This document shows, in pieces, positions 38,954 through 52,085 of a stretch of DNA of 64,000 nt. The stretch is from contig NW_026782147.1 of NCBI RefSeq assembly GCF_031769215.1, forward strand, positions 124,001 through 188,000, written 5' to 3'. Origin of the DNA: Ylistrum balloti. Lineage: Eukaryota. The notes under the pieces are model-generated. The model made no database searches, was not told where the DNA came from, and was given only the letters and a program-made list of their open reading frames with translations. Numbering within the stretch: the first letter of the stretch is position 1; every line of letters begins with the position of its first letter. The position numbers and the translations under genes were made by a program.

Positions 38954-39420
38954 TCAAGGACACTTGGATACCTTCCCGCAAACCTAGTAAGTAACTCGTA
39001 ACACTCTCCACTAAAAATGCTTGACGACCAATCTAATTTTCATCCATTCTGTCAGTTCTGAGCATGAACATTCAAAGGTTTTTTTCTAACCTTATGAATC
39101 TGAGGGCCGAAAGTCGGTCAATACCTCTAGGGATTCCTTGGAGTTTTGTCAGATCTGATTTAAGGTCTTGAAGATGCAACGCAAAAACGCTAAAATACGA
39201 TAACCACTAATATCTTACGTATACAGGAACTCGCCTGTGCAATAAGGCAATGTTCTACTTGTTTCGTCTTTAGTGTTATGCATTTTCAATCAGAACGGAA
39301 CGTGGATTCATTTGGAGACATACGAATATTTCCTTCTGTGGGTGTTTCTTTGAGACAGTGATTGTTGTAGGAATACAAACTGCGTTTACCGGTGGTGGTA
39401 TAATAAGGATTTACATAATG
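38954..39420 (-). pseudogene. Decayed 3' half of a type A LRR gene
   Basis: tcaaggacacttggatacc equals the paralogs' VP/PKCP* end. gttctgagcatgaacattc (CSCSEL) and ctgagggccgaaagtcggtcaatacctctagggattcc (PRxIxRLxAL) are recognisable. Frameshifts and stops present. Confidence 0.8.
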
Positions 39421-40158
39421 TACAATTGGAAACTTCCATTGACGTGTTGTATATCCAAAAAGTTAAAGACGCACTCGGCAATGTTAATCATGTTTCATGG
39501 CGTTACTTTACATGTGGTGAGATGATTAAAAGCAAATTTTACAGAAAAATATTGCAAATTTCTTTTCTTTTCAAATCGAGACATCATCATGAAGTAGTAT
39601 TATCTAAACTCAGCAAAATGATTGCCCTCTATTTGTAGGGGTTTGCATTTCTAAGGAAGCCAAACGATGGCCACCTCTGTGTTGATGTGGTTGTGTCAAG
39701 TGATACGTGAGGTAGCCACCAACTACAGCAACCTTGCCTCAAACTGAGCTAACCAGAGCTATTCACGGGGCGACAAATTAAACAAAATATTTTATTTAAT
39801 AAACAAGACATCAACAGATAATATCTAAAGTATTCTTATCAAAAAAAAAAAAAAAAAAAAACATATATTGCACAAAAATATAAAGAAGATAATCATTACC
39901 AGGTAATAGTTTGTTTATTAAATATCTGATTCAGTAAAAGTTTCGTCTTCTAAGCATTTAAATGTCAAGTTCCTTAATTTACAGTTTTCATTCCTAAAAA
40001 TCAACTACTTCAACTGTCAAATCTCAAGCATCGTGTTTCACAAATTGAGAATATTTCATAAACTTCAATTCCGTATCAAATGAACAAAATATCAATTTGT
40101 ATTTCATTGTTTTTGTTTTGCAAGTATTTGACATATTCCAAACAACGTTAATGTCTTT

Positions 40159-42781
40159 TTAAGGGCACTTGGGTACCTCTTCGCGAATATAATCTGACAA
40201 ATACTTGTGTATATTGTGACACTCTCCATCGAAACCCAAGTACTGCTGCCGAGCAATCCAATTCTTCATCCATCCAAGTTCGGAACATGAACATTCGATA
40301 TTAATGTTATTTAACTCTACATTCCTCAGAGCCGGAAGTCGTTCAAGAGCTCTTGGAATTCCAGGGAGTTTTGTGGAATCGAAATTTAGGCTTTGAAGAC
40401 TGTATGCTTCGTTGAATGCGTCAATAGATATATTGGTCAAAGGGGTTTGATAAAAGCTAAGGAAGCGTAACTTCTGGAGTCCAGCGAAGTCCCCGGGTCC
40501 AATAGTTGATAACTTGGTATTGTCCAAAGTCAATGTAGTTAAACTCCTGATACGACGTATGGCAGCCGGAACGTGATCTATATCCGTGTTACTGAAATCT
40601 ATTGACTGCAGCAGTGGCTGTTCTGGTAATGTAGTTACATCCCATGTCGACAGTGGCGAGTTAGTCAACGTCAAGTGGGTAAGGAATGGAACAGCGGAAA
40701 CATTCGGAACACTCTTTATACTACTGTTGCTTAAGAAAATGTCTCCAAGTGATTCCATACCCATGAAAGCGTCATCTGGTATATTTTCAGATGATAATAC
40801 AATATTATCGAAGAAAGCCAAATCGGTCATTTTCTTCAGTCTCTTTAGTGCTTTTGGAATACCTTTGAGTACTGTTGATTGAAACGTCACACCCTGGATA
40901 ATGTCCTCTAAACCTTTAAATGCATCTAAGGGCAAATCAGACATCGGTAATTTATACAGTGTCAAACTCCAAACTGATTTCAGCGTTCCAATTGATTCCG
41001 GCCATGTCGTCATTTCCGGTGATCCTATATCAAGAAATTCAAGAGTGGGTGCAAATGCCATCATCATCGGAAGGGTCTTGATAGGGTTGTCATGGATACT
41101 TAACATGGTAAGGTTTGGCATTCGTGCGATTTCATTTGGAAGTTCTGTAAACTTATTGAACTGCATAAAAACAGAATCAAGATATTTTTCCGATCCATTC
41201 AATGCCCCATCGTCTATTACCTCAAAGCCATTACGATCAATCTGAAGAGTGCAAAAAGGGATATTATCGAAAGCTCCAGCCGGGATCCTTTTGATGTTGT
41301 AGTTATAATTCATGTTAAGTTTCCAACAGTTCCAGGTAGCGTTGACCTTTGTAAAGGTAGGAAATTCAGTTTGAGTGAGATTGTTGCATGTTATAGCATT
41401 GTAATCACAGCTGCAAGGAGCCTTTACAGGACACGGCCGGGGATCATGTGGATAAGCAGAACCATGTGTGGCTGTAGTTACCAGCAGCTGTTGAGGAATA
41501 CAAGCACCCAATACATTCTCTAGGACAGGATTTGTATTGTGGACATATAAAACAAAAGGGCGTTAATATGATGAACGAATTTTGTTAAGGATTGTATAAG
41601 AAAAGACAATACAAACACAAATTAGAATGCGAGAGAGAGAGGTTCCCTTTTATCAATGAAACTGTTGTAATATACAGCTGTTTGTCTTTTTAGAACTCAT
41701 CACTGATATGAAGTATCTACAATATTGAAAAAAAAATCAAGAAAATACCAACATGGCAATATCATCATAATTTAAACTCAAATTCCATAAAACTAGAGCA
41801 AATATGAACAAAACGAAGATTTACCCGGAGACCCTTAAAAAAGTGCAAGGAGAATATGACCAGGTGTTCCGGAAGAGTAAGCGTCTTCTACTTTATCGAC
41901 GACACCCGCCATGTAAACCTTGGTCAATCAAATCAAGTAATGTCACGTTCTCAAATGAGAACAAAGTATACAACAAAGGAATCAACAGGCAAACTAACGA
42001 GCATCAAATACGTCCAGCTTCATATCGCACAAAAGAATTAGAACATTTCGCAATGACATCACTATGGCGACCATAAAACTTCATCCTTTTAACATTTGTG
42101 TCACGAGCTTGTCAGTCTGTTGACGACTTCTTGCACGAAAATCGTGATGATGGGAACAGGCTCTTGAATATCGAATCAACTGTGACATGTTAATACCATA
42201 GATTGGAGATGAATTGATTGAAAAAGGTAATAACTGGTGAGAACCAATGTCATTATATAAATCGTCAGTAAACTTACCCTATAGTGCAATCATTGTTAGA
42301 AGGTTCGTTAATAGTCGATGTACAACAATATAGAAATATTTACAGAGGCTGACGTGTGCATAGGAAAACGAATGAAAAATCATAATTTTTCGTGGAGGAT
42401 TTCGAGGGATTTTCCAGGAATACATGTTTTCGTGAATCGATCAGCTGTTAAAATCAGTATCATCTGATGGCGTGGGTGTTATCTATTAATGAAATTAAGA
42501 CACCACGGAATTTGGCCACACGAAAACATATCATTTGACAAACAACGTATTGATTTTGATTTTAAAATGACGATGATGATTAACTGCTTTAAACAACGTA
42601 TTGAAATCAATATCCATCAAACGGTTGTAAACAACTTCTGGGCACTGATATGAAAGGACAAAATGACATTGATATTAAATAATGAAAAGGAAAACACGAT
42701 TTCAATATCAGCAGAATTTTGTAAAGATTTTAAACGATTACTCACCGTGATTAGACCGATATTTATTCCATGTGTTGCCAT
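40159..42781 (-). CDS. Secreted LRR-only protein, type A (LRR3), about 454 aa
   Basis: Exon 1 42781-42746 MATHGINIGLIT with gtgagt donor. Acceptor ctcaacag, exon 2 41487-40159. Same architecture as LRR1. Confidence 0.92.
41667..41708 (-). ncRNA. Hammerhead motif, degenerate (HHR-i), at the 3' end of a PLE remnant
   Basis: Minus strand ATCA GTGATGA GTTC TAAAA AGAC -AAA CAGCTG TA. Confidence 0.55.
41725..42190 (-). mobile_element. PLE C-terminal remnant plus 3' UTR inside LRR3 intron 1
   Basis: Minus strand SQLIRYSRACSHHHDFRARSRQQTDKLVTQ...FYGRH, typical of the PLE RT C-terminal region, then the UTR with gacgcttactcttccggaacacctggtc. Confidence 0.8.
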
Positions 42782-42828
42782 TTTAACAGGCAGTTTATCA
42801 GCGAGTCTTGAATTCATCTAACCTCAAT

Positions 42829-42858
42829 ATCTTATCTCGTCAACTATTTGTTTACCTT
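42829..42858 (-). promoter_or_regulatory. Forkhead + TGACG + GATA module upstream of LRR3
   Basis: cttatct at 42831-42837, cgtca, and tgtttac at 42849-42855. GATA is 50 bp from the ATG. Confidence 0.6.
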
Positions 42859-43513
42859 GAAAGACGTTAACGAGGGCGCTATGATATTTCGACACATCAA
42901 TGCTATGCGCATGTTATTTCCTGTTTAGGGTTCTAAACTTATAAAAGATGTTACTAGTTTTTCATAAAATATTACACTAAAACAATATTATCTTACTACG
43001 TTTATTGATAAAATTTAATCGAGACAAATAAATTTGTACAAGTGGTAAGAAAAAATTTTATTTCTGAAATCCGACAATATGAAACGTGTTGATTAACTGA
43101 ATCATTGTGTAGCTAAATCCATTTGTTTCATGCCAATGCTAAAACTTTTCACTGTAGAATAATGCCTTTTTTCGGAATTCTATTTTCGTTGATTTCGTTG
43201 GTACTGTTATCCGTGAACTGGTACATCCATGCAATTAAAAATAACATTGATTTTATCACTAGACAAGTGGACGTTGTAAGCAAGATCAATCAACGAAACT
43301 AGTAAGTGCCACCGAAAATGCATATCATATATTATGTAAGACCACAAAATTGGAGCCCTTCGATAATATGTTTCTTGGAATTTATGCAATGTATTCTAAT
43401 TCTGTACCTTTCTGTGATATTCAAATTATTAGTTGTCTTTGAGAATTTTATAATACAAACATTTGAAAGCAATATGGCGATAATGTTAATATCTAAAATC
43501 ATGTCGCCTTGAA

Positions 43514-43685
43514 GCACAAATATGTAAATGTACATATTCAGAAGTATTTGGTCTTGGAGCACAAATCTGAAATATGTACACACCCATCAGCGTGTATTAT
43601 TTGAGAGCACAAATTTGAAATATGTACACATCCATCAGCGTGTATTATTTGTGTTCTTGCAGCACAAATTTAAAATATGAACATT
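43514..43685. repeat. About 45-55 bp tandem repeat, about 4 copies
   Basis: gcacaaat...aaatatgtacaca.ccatcagcgtgtattattt units at 43514, 43559, 43607 and 43662. Confidence 0.8.
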
Positions 43686-43809
43686 TATATACACGTTTAA
43701 ACACTAGGACAAAGAGTTTAACAAACGTTTAAACAATAGGAGTTCAACACAGTCCCGCCGATGAATCCAGAACAATAATTGGCATAGTCTTTCATTTTTA
43801 TAAAGATAC

Positions 43810-43915
43810 CTTGCACCCAAAAGGTACAAGGATAATATAACCAGGAGTTCCGGATGAGAGAGCGTCTTCTGCTTCATCGACGACACCCGCCATGTAAACC
43901 GTGGTCAATTAAGAT
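43810..43915 (-). mobile_element. PLE 3' UTR remnant
   Basis: gcgtcttctgcttcatcgacgacacccgccatgtaaaccgtggtcaat is nearly identical to 41881-41930. Confidence 0.75.
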
Positions 43916-44048
43916 AATCAAAACTTTTAAATTATATAACATTACGCAAATATTTATTTTCCATAATCTCTTTTATGTATATTCTGTATTTGAAAATGTA
44001 TTTCAGAGACATCTTTTTCATTCTAATGGAAAATAAACATCTCAAGCT

Positions 44049-45961
44049 TCAGTGACATTTCGGCACGTCCTCCCGAATATAATCCGTCAAATACTTGTGT
44101 ATATTGTGACAATTTCCGCTGAAATACAGATATTGTTGCTGCCAACCAATCCAATCTTTCATCCAACCAAGATCTGTACATGAACATTCAATTGTTATGT
44201 TTAACAAACTCACAACCCTAAGAGCCGGAAGTCGTTCAATAGCTCTAGGAATTCCTGGAAGTTTAGTAGAATCTAAACCCAAGCCTTGGAGACTGTAAGT
44301 ATCGTTAAATGCGTCGATTGATATATCCGTCAGAGGAGTTTGATTCAGGCTAATGAAGCTTAACTTCTGGAGTCCTACTAAGTCATCTGATCCAATAGTT
44401 GTTACCTTGGTATTGTCAAGGTTTAATGAAGTTAAACTCCTGATACGTCGCACAGCGGCCGGAATATGATCTATATCCGTGTTACGGAATTCCACTGATT
44501 GTAGCAATGACTGTTCTGGTAAAGTAGTCACATCCCATGATGACAGTGGTGAATCGGTCAAGGATAGGTGGGTGAGAAATGGGACAGTGAACACATTCGG
44601 AACACTTTTTATACTACTGTTGCTTATGTAAATGTTTCGAAGCGACTCCATACCTTTGAAAGCGTCATCAGTTATGCCTTCAGATGCCAATGCAATACTA
44701 TCTGTGATAGACAAGTCTGTCATGTTCCTGAGTCTGCGCAGTGCCCTTGGAATAACCTTTAAGTTTGTTGACGAAAACGACACATACAGGATGACGCCCT
44801 CTAAACCGTCGAATGCATCTAAGGGTAAATCAGACATCGGTAACTTATAAAGGGTCAAGCTCCATACCGATTTTAGAGTTCGGATTGAAGCCGGCCATAT
44901 TGTCATTTCAGGTGATCCGATATCAAGCAATTGCAGACTGGGCGCAAACGCCATTTTCTGTGGAAGGGTCTTGATAGGATTGTCATGGATACTAAGCATA
45001 GTGAGGTTTGGCATTCGTGCAATTTCATTTGGAAGTTCTCTGAAGTTATTGAACTGCATAAAAACAGAATCAAGATACGGTTCCGATCCATTCAGCGCCC
45101 CATCCTCTATTACTTCAAACCCATTATGGCCAATCTGTAGGGAACAAAGTGGGAGATTATGAAAAGCTCCAGCCGGAATCCTTTTGATGTTGTAGTTGTA
45201 ATTCATAATAAGTGTCCAGCAGCGCCACGTAGCGTTGACCATTGTGAAGGTAGGAAACTCCGTTTGAGTAAGATTGCTACATTCCACTTTACTGATATCA
45301 CAAATGCACGGAGCCTTAGCGGGACACGGATGGGGGTCATCGTGTACAGAGACAGGGATACCCTGTAGGACTTTGGCCAGTAACAACTGTGGACGAAATG
45401 TTAACAATAATGGGCATTATAATAAATATACAACTTTTACATATAGACATAACCACAATAACATTGTGACGCTTACAAAGGAGTTAGCTTTACCTTTGCA
45501 TGACAATGCCAATATGTAAGCTATAACCATAAAGATGTGTGATTTGAATAAATGCCTCCAGTTCGTGACCATTATGTCGTCAGTATTATGGACATAAAAA
45601 CGTTCGTGGTGCACTTGAAGGAATGGTTATCGATAATAAATAGTAATAAGGTTATAATGTGCAAAATATAGCAACTTTGGAAAGGGCAGTATATATTAGA
45701 GTTTTGAAGGCATTCGTACAATTTTGTTCTGTGACATGTGCCCGCAAAGTTCTGTCAATTACAACGGCTATAAATAAAATAAGGTGATTTGTTCATGTTG
45801 AAGTAAACGTTTATATAACTGGCAAAAATTAAGGCGAGTGTAAACATGTATATAAAATATTTTTTATCATTATACATCAGATTTTTTTAATAAAAGATAA
45901 ATATTTTTTTTATTAATATACTTACCGTTATTACACCGACAAATATTCCATGACTATCCAT
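44049..45961 (-). CDS. Secreted LRR-only protein, type A (LRR4), about 457 aa
   Basis: Exon 1 45961-45926 MDSHGIFVGVIT with gtaagt donor. Acceptor gtccacag, exon 2 45386-44049. Ends VPKCH*. Confidence 0.92.
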
Positions 45962-46008
45962 TTTAATAAACTGCTTATCAGTGGAAGGCTTCACGTCTGC
46001 TAACACCA

Positions 46009-46038
46009 ATCTTATCTTGTCAATATCTTGTTTACCTT
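46009..46038 (-). promoter_or_regulatory. Forkhead + GATA module upstream of LRR4
   Basis: cttatct at 46011-46017 and tgtttac at 46029-46035. GATA is 50 bp from the ATG. Confidence 0.6.
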
Positions 46039-46559
46039 TTCCGATTATGTAGGGGGCGCTTCAGCTTGTTTATACGATATGTACGCAAACAAGTTTCTTT
46101 AATGCTTGCTGTTTGTGTGGATCATCGCCCTGTCAACATCCAATGTCATTTTGAGGCGGACTCTCTTTGTTGGTGCTGGTGGCTACATCACTGAACAACA
46201 TATGGGAGGCTCGCAACATAATATCCGTTGTGACTAGATGTAAAGCGTCTTGTCGCAAGATGTAATAGCCCAAACCTATTCTATCTATCCAAAACAACGT
46301 TGTTTTTTTTGTTTTTGTTTTAATCCTATGACGAAAGTTACGCTGTTTATAACATCGTCAGAAATGCATTGAGATGGGAACAGTTTGATGATTAGTGTTG
46401 TTTTGAAAATCCTCATCTCTCACGAGCAAAATTTAAACTATTGATAATTGTTTGCTGTTTTGTGATTGTCTCGTGTGAAAAAAACTCAGTCTGCACCTTA
46501 TCTAAAATTAATTATTTCTTTTCCTCAATGACATATTAAAAGTTTACAGACATCTCATG

Positions 46560-48850
46560 AATAACTTTCAGATATAATTCCTCTTTCGTCTCTTTCGAAG
46601 ACTGTTTCTATAATCTCTGCGTTTATAATATATATGAACACGAACATGACATTTTCCATACCTATTAAAAATAAAGAGTGGGTTTTTCTGATGACAGTAA
46701 CGTGAAGTAACGGTCACTTTACACATTCTAGGTGACGTCCTGAGCCTTCTACTCAGATCAGTCAATACAAAAATTATGAACGGGAACGAAGATCATGAAG
46801 AGACCAAATGTACAAGACTCTGTTCCGTTGTATTGTGATTAGACTATTTTGAAAAAAAAAACTAGTTATGAGCCGCGACCGAGCGTGACTTAACGACGAC
46901 ATTAGTAAAATCTCAGAAACTTGCTAAATGAGCTAATGAAGAATTCATACATTGTAGACTCCATTTAAAAGATTTGAATTGTATTTGCATATCTTTATAA
47001 TTACAGATTTTAATATTTTAAGGTGGGTTAAGACGGGTAAAGGCAGTATCGAAATGTACCCAGATTTAAATCTAGAGTTAATAATTACCTTTCGTGATGT
47101 ACTAGAACTGAAGTCTGCTAATAGTCAGACTTTTTTCGGGGTTGGGGGGTGGGTGGGTTATCATTCTTTGTTTAACTTTTGTTTTGGGTGGGTTTTTATC
47201 AATCGATTTTTTCTATGTTCATTTAAAGACATAAATCCACCACATCTTTGTTAAAAGAAAGTTTTATCATGTAGTTATGAAGTCAGTATTTCCAAGCTAT
47301 ATCCAAAATGATGTCCCAGAAACAAAAATAAGAAAACTGAATACAGCAAACTCTGTAAAGTCCATCACATATGTATATGCATGTGCACCAAGCACTAGAC
47401 ACGACAGATTTGACTGAGTCACTGAAACGTACACTCGGTCTTGATCACGTAAATGCCTTACAAGTAACACACGTGCAAGGTAATGACATGTGGTAGATTA
47501 TGTGAATTTTACCAGGGATATTTTGCTAACGGAAATAAATGAAATAGTTCAGCTTATAATACAGAAATTTATTTCTGTCTTTGGGATTGGGATGAGTTTA
47601 TTTGTTGAAATTTTTTTCTCCTGCAAGACACACGGCTCATTTGAGTTGTGTAAATCAACATGTAAATAAATGGTTTTTTCTGTGGTAACATTTATCTTTT
47701 TGACACGGACACCTAGTCAACGTCCATTTCCAGGTTCTTTATATAAATATAAAATATATGTGTTTTATATTTATATATTTGAGTCGCATTGCAATGTAAT
47801 CGAAATAATTATATTTACCTGCCCGTGTATGTTTCCAAGTAAGACTTGACCTAAATGTATGCCATTTCCGAAGACATGACGACCGGAAGATCGTAAGTAG
47901 AGGGAAAGGTCTTAAGCTCCTGTTTCCAAAACTTCATTTCAATACTTAATTTCAGTGAAATATTCATAAATGTTTTCTCTTCTTATAATCCAGTCAAATT
48001 GCTACGTAATAAACTCCTAACAGGCAAAATGATCACAACACAACTTAAACACGACCTTAAAGTTTAATTCCTTCGTCCAATTATTGTGAATTTATATCTC
48101 ACAGAAATTTGCATGACATAAGAAATGTTGGTCTGCTTGACCAATAGTCAAATCATCACCACAACCTTGTACAATAAGTGGACAGTGCAGAAAAAACGAA
48201 TCCAAATGTTTTGAATCACCTGCTCCGAACTGACCCATACAGTAAATCCCTGATGTAATCAATGTGACGTTATCATACAAAATGATGACGTCACTCCTTC
48301 AGTTTCTACATCAACGTCGACTAACATCAGCATTGTTCTCCATAAATCGTAAACAAATCTGAAATGATAAATAACCAGTCCACATTCTTTGTCAGGTAAT
48401 ATTAAATAAATACGATCATATATGTATCAAGTTAGTAAATTAACTCCCATGCATTGAACTGGAATTATGGGGTTACATGTACATACCTAGCGAGGGACGT
48501 GGTACCTACATAGTGGGGACAGGATACCTGGGCATACCTAGCGAGGTCAGGGTACCAGTAGTTGATCTGGCGCTGGATGTACAGTGGGAAAAGTATCAGG
48601 TGTTTTTCCTCAAAATAATAACAGAACTTCTTCTCCCAATAGAGCTCATCTTGGGGAAGCTCTGATCAATATCACTGACAACTCCAGTCCGAGACTAAAA
48701 AGCATCACGGTCTTGGAGCGCTCCTCAAAACTGGCTGCATCCTGTGTACAAGATCCAGGAGGCTTCTATAGGGATCTCCTTTTGACATGACACAGGACAG
48801 TTCCGCAGTGACGACACAGGGAAGGACCTGTACATACATATAACGTGTAG
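46560..48850 (-). pseudogene. Possible decayed multi-exon gene or transposon unrelated to the LRR genes
   Basis: GC-richer, exon-like patches with splice-like borders and in-frame stops, e.g. MKFWKQELKTFPSTYDLPVVMSSEMAYI*VKSYLETYTG/gt (about 47930-47815) and QDELYWEKKFCYYFEEKHLILFPLYIQRQINYWYPDLARYAQ (about 48655-48530). Not identified. Confidence 0.3.
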
Positions 48851-49866
48851 GTCTTACGGTTAAACAAAAATTTGAAATTGTCAGCAGTTAAAGCTGTCCT
48901 CACCAATACAGCTATTAAAGAAAGGAAATATTCGATATACCCATATAATTGGTAGAACAGTAATGCTGTTTAAGTCGACAGAATGATTGACCGCGAAAAT
49001 GAATAAATTCTGGAATTATATCAACATTATACCTTTAGTTCAATCAAGATGATAAAAAAATAACCAGGAAATACTCTGTGGAAGGACAATTCACATGTGT
49101 ATAGCCCACTAGCAGGGTTTAAAGTTCGAACATCAGAGTACAGAACAAGTTATTTCCAATTCACTTAAAAAAAACAAATAAAATACTTGAAAATACAATT
49201 CCACTTCATTCTTTTCTTAGAAATATGGATTCTGTAAATGGAATGAAGAATACCTCAATTCTGAAACAAAAATGAAGGTTGATAAAAGTGTGGAACACAT
49301 ACAATAAAATCAGACAAACGTCTTACCCTGTATTCGAATTGAAGCGTTTATGCAATGTAAAGGAAATTTCTATCATATTTATTTTATAATTTATTGATAC
49401 AATGCCTACCCATATCAAATCAGCTAGTTTTGAGCAATCTTTCTCAATATCTCTGGCTATGGCAAAATAGAACAATCTTTTGGCATATCCTGGTTCGGGT
49501 TCCACAATAAACAAGGTAGAAAGCTATGCATATGACGTATTACTTTCTAAGTTGCTGTAATTCAGCATCTGCACCATTAATAAACTGAGGTTTAACACTA
49601 ACGAACTGTCATCATATCTGATGTCAACCTAACCCCTAATCAATGTTCTTTTTCATTAAAGTCCCCCCCCCACACACACACCTTCCTCCCTCTGTCTTTC
49701 TTCGTGTTTGTTTTCATAAATTTTCGAAGTGAATGTCATCAATTATACCCCATAATATCGAATCGACTGACTTCCTTCATCATTTAACAAATACAAACAA
49801 ATGTTTCGAAAGCCGACTTTTGTTCCAAATTTATTTCATAAATGACAATCATCGACGACGTATTCT

Positions 49867-52085
49867 TTAAGGACACTTCGGTACGTCATTATGAATATAC
49901 TCGATCATATCCATGTGTACATTGCTACATTCTCCATCACCACCGAGGAATTGCTTAAATCCGATCCAGGTCTTCATCCAACCAAGTTCTGAACACGAGC
50001 ATTCAACAGTGACGTTCTGTAAACTTACAAATCTCAGCGCCGGAAGTCGCTCAATAGCCCTAGGGAATCCTGGGAGATTTGTGGAATCCAAGTTCAACCA
50101 TTGAAGACTGTACGTATCGTTAAATGCGTCTATGGATATATTGTTCAATGGAGTTTGTCTCAGACTAAGTTGTCGTAATTTCTGGAGCCCTGCCAAGTCA
50201 TGTGGTCCAATATGAGAAACTTTGGTATTGTCCAATGTCAGATCATATAGGTTCTTATTACGACGCACAGCGACCGGGATATGATCAATGTTGGTATAGC
50301 TGAAATCTATTGTCATCATGATTGGTTGTTCTGGTAGGGTAGTTATATCCCAAGTTGACAGCGGTGAGTTAGTCAAGGACAAAAGAGTAAGAGCCGGCAT
50401 ATCGGACATATTGAATACTGTTGTTAAACTGCTGTTGGATATAGAAATGTCCGTCAGCGCTTCCATACCACTGAATGCATCACTGGGTATACCTTCTGAT
50501 GTAAGGGCCAAATTATCCTCAACTAATAGGTCTGTCATTTTCCGAAGTCTTTGCATTGCTTTTGGAATACCCTTGAACTTGGTTGTAGTGAATGTTATAA
50601 AAAATATTGACTCCTCTAAACCTTCGAAAGCATCTAAAGGCAGATCAGACATCGGTAACTTATAGAGGGACAAACTCCCCACAGATTTTAGAGTTCGAAT
50701 TGAGTCGGGCCATGTCGTCATTTCCGGTGATCCGATATCAAGAAATTGCAAAGATGAAGCGAACTCCATTTTCTGTGGAAGGTCCTTGATAGGGTTGTCA
50801 TGGATACTAAGCATGGTGATGTTTGGCATTCTGGCGATTTCATTAGGAAGTTCTCTGAAGTTATTAAATTGCATAAAAACGGAATCAAGATACGGTTCCG
50901 ATCCTTTCAGTGCTCCATCCTCTATAACTTCAAATCCATTATGGCCAATTTGAAGGGAACAAAGTGGGATATATCTAAAAGCACCAGCTGGGATTCTTTT
51001 AAGGTTATAATTATAATTCATGTATAGTCGCCAGCACCGCACCGTTGTATTGACCATGGTGAAAGTCGGAAACTCTGATTGCGTAAGATTATAACACTCC
51101 ACTCTATTGTAGTCGCAACTACACGGAGCCTTGACGGGACAATGTGGGTCAACAGAAGAGCCCTGTGTGACTTTGGTCAGAAACAACTGTGGAGGAAACG
51201 AAAAGTTTAAGTGTTAGTTCTTCTTAATTTAAATGTCAAATACTAGTGTTTGGCTAATGTACAATACAGAAAAATGATTAAAACATAATTCAGACTTCAA
51301 ATTGCATTGTTTGTTTCTTACTGCTAATTCATCGAGGGTTGAACTTTTCTTTTTATTCGTGTATGGAATGCCACGACACAATAATGTACGTTAAGAAACA
51401 ATGAATCGTGGCATTTTATGACATTTGCTATCACCAAAATTTACACCATGAAAAATATTTATTTAAATGATACGAAGTTAAGTTTCAATTTAAAACACTT
51501 TAAAACGCTTGTAACACTTTGATGTCACACGTCAGGTGAGATTGTTCGCATAAAAAGATTAATTCAATAAATCGAACTGAAGAAGTCTTTTTAATGAAAA
51601 GAAAATATAAACAGAGTCTTCATCACACAATGAAAATGACAACGACAATATCAAGTAAACCTAAGATAAGATGACATGCAAATCAATTTATGTCAAGCAA
51701 ACATATCACTGCATATATCTATTCAAGCAAACACCAGGAAAATACCAATATGTGAACATAATAATATTCAAAACTCAAATAATTCATAAAACAAGGGCAA
51801 AATATGATCAAAAGAAAGATTACATGCACGCTATGATCTTGGTCTATCAAGTAAGTAATGTCACGTCCTCAAATGAGTAAAAGGTATACAACCAGCGGAG
51901 TCAACAGGTAAACTAACGAGCATTGAACATTTCCAGGTTCATATCGTTCGAAGAAATAGGATATTTATGAATGAGATCACTATGACGACCGTAAATCCTC
52001 CCCATGAATTTTAACTAATAGAAAGAGGAAATCATGTAAAGAATCTTACCAAAAGCCAATAGGCGTAAGATTTACGTATAGCCAT
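49867..52085 (-). CDS. Secreted LRR-only protein, type A (LRR5), about 451 aa
   Basis: Exon 1 52085-52050 MAIRKSYAYWLL with gtaaga donor. Acceptor cctccacag, exon 2 51186-49867. Ends VPKCP*. Confidence 0.92.
51620..51995 (-). mobile_element. PLE 3' UTR remnant inside LRR5 intron 1
   Basis: aagtaatgtcacgtcctcaaatgag...ggtatacaaccagcggagtcaacaggtaaactaacgagcat matches 41935-42005. Confidence 0.7.

Noticed and set aside
4509-43685. Tandem arrays as CRISPR candidates
   Set aside because: Eukaryotic context, contiguous units without unique spacers, no cas genes.
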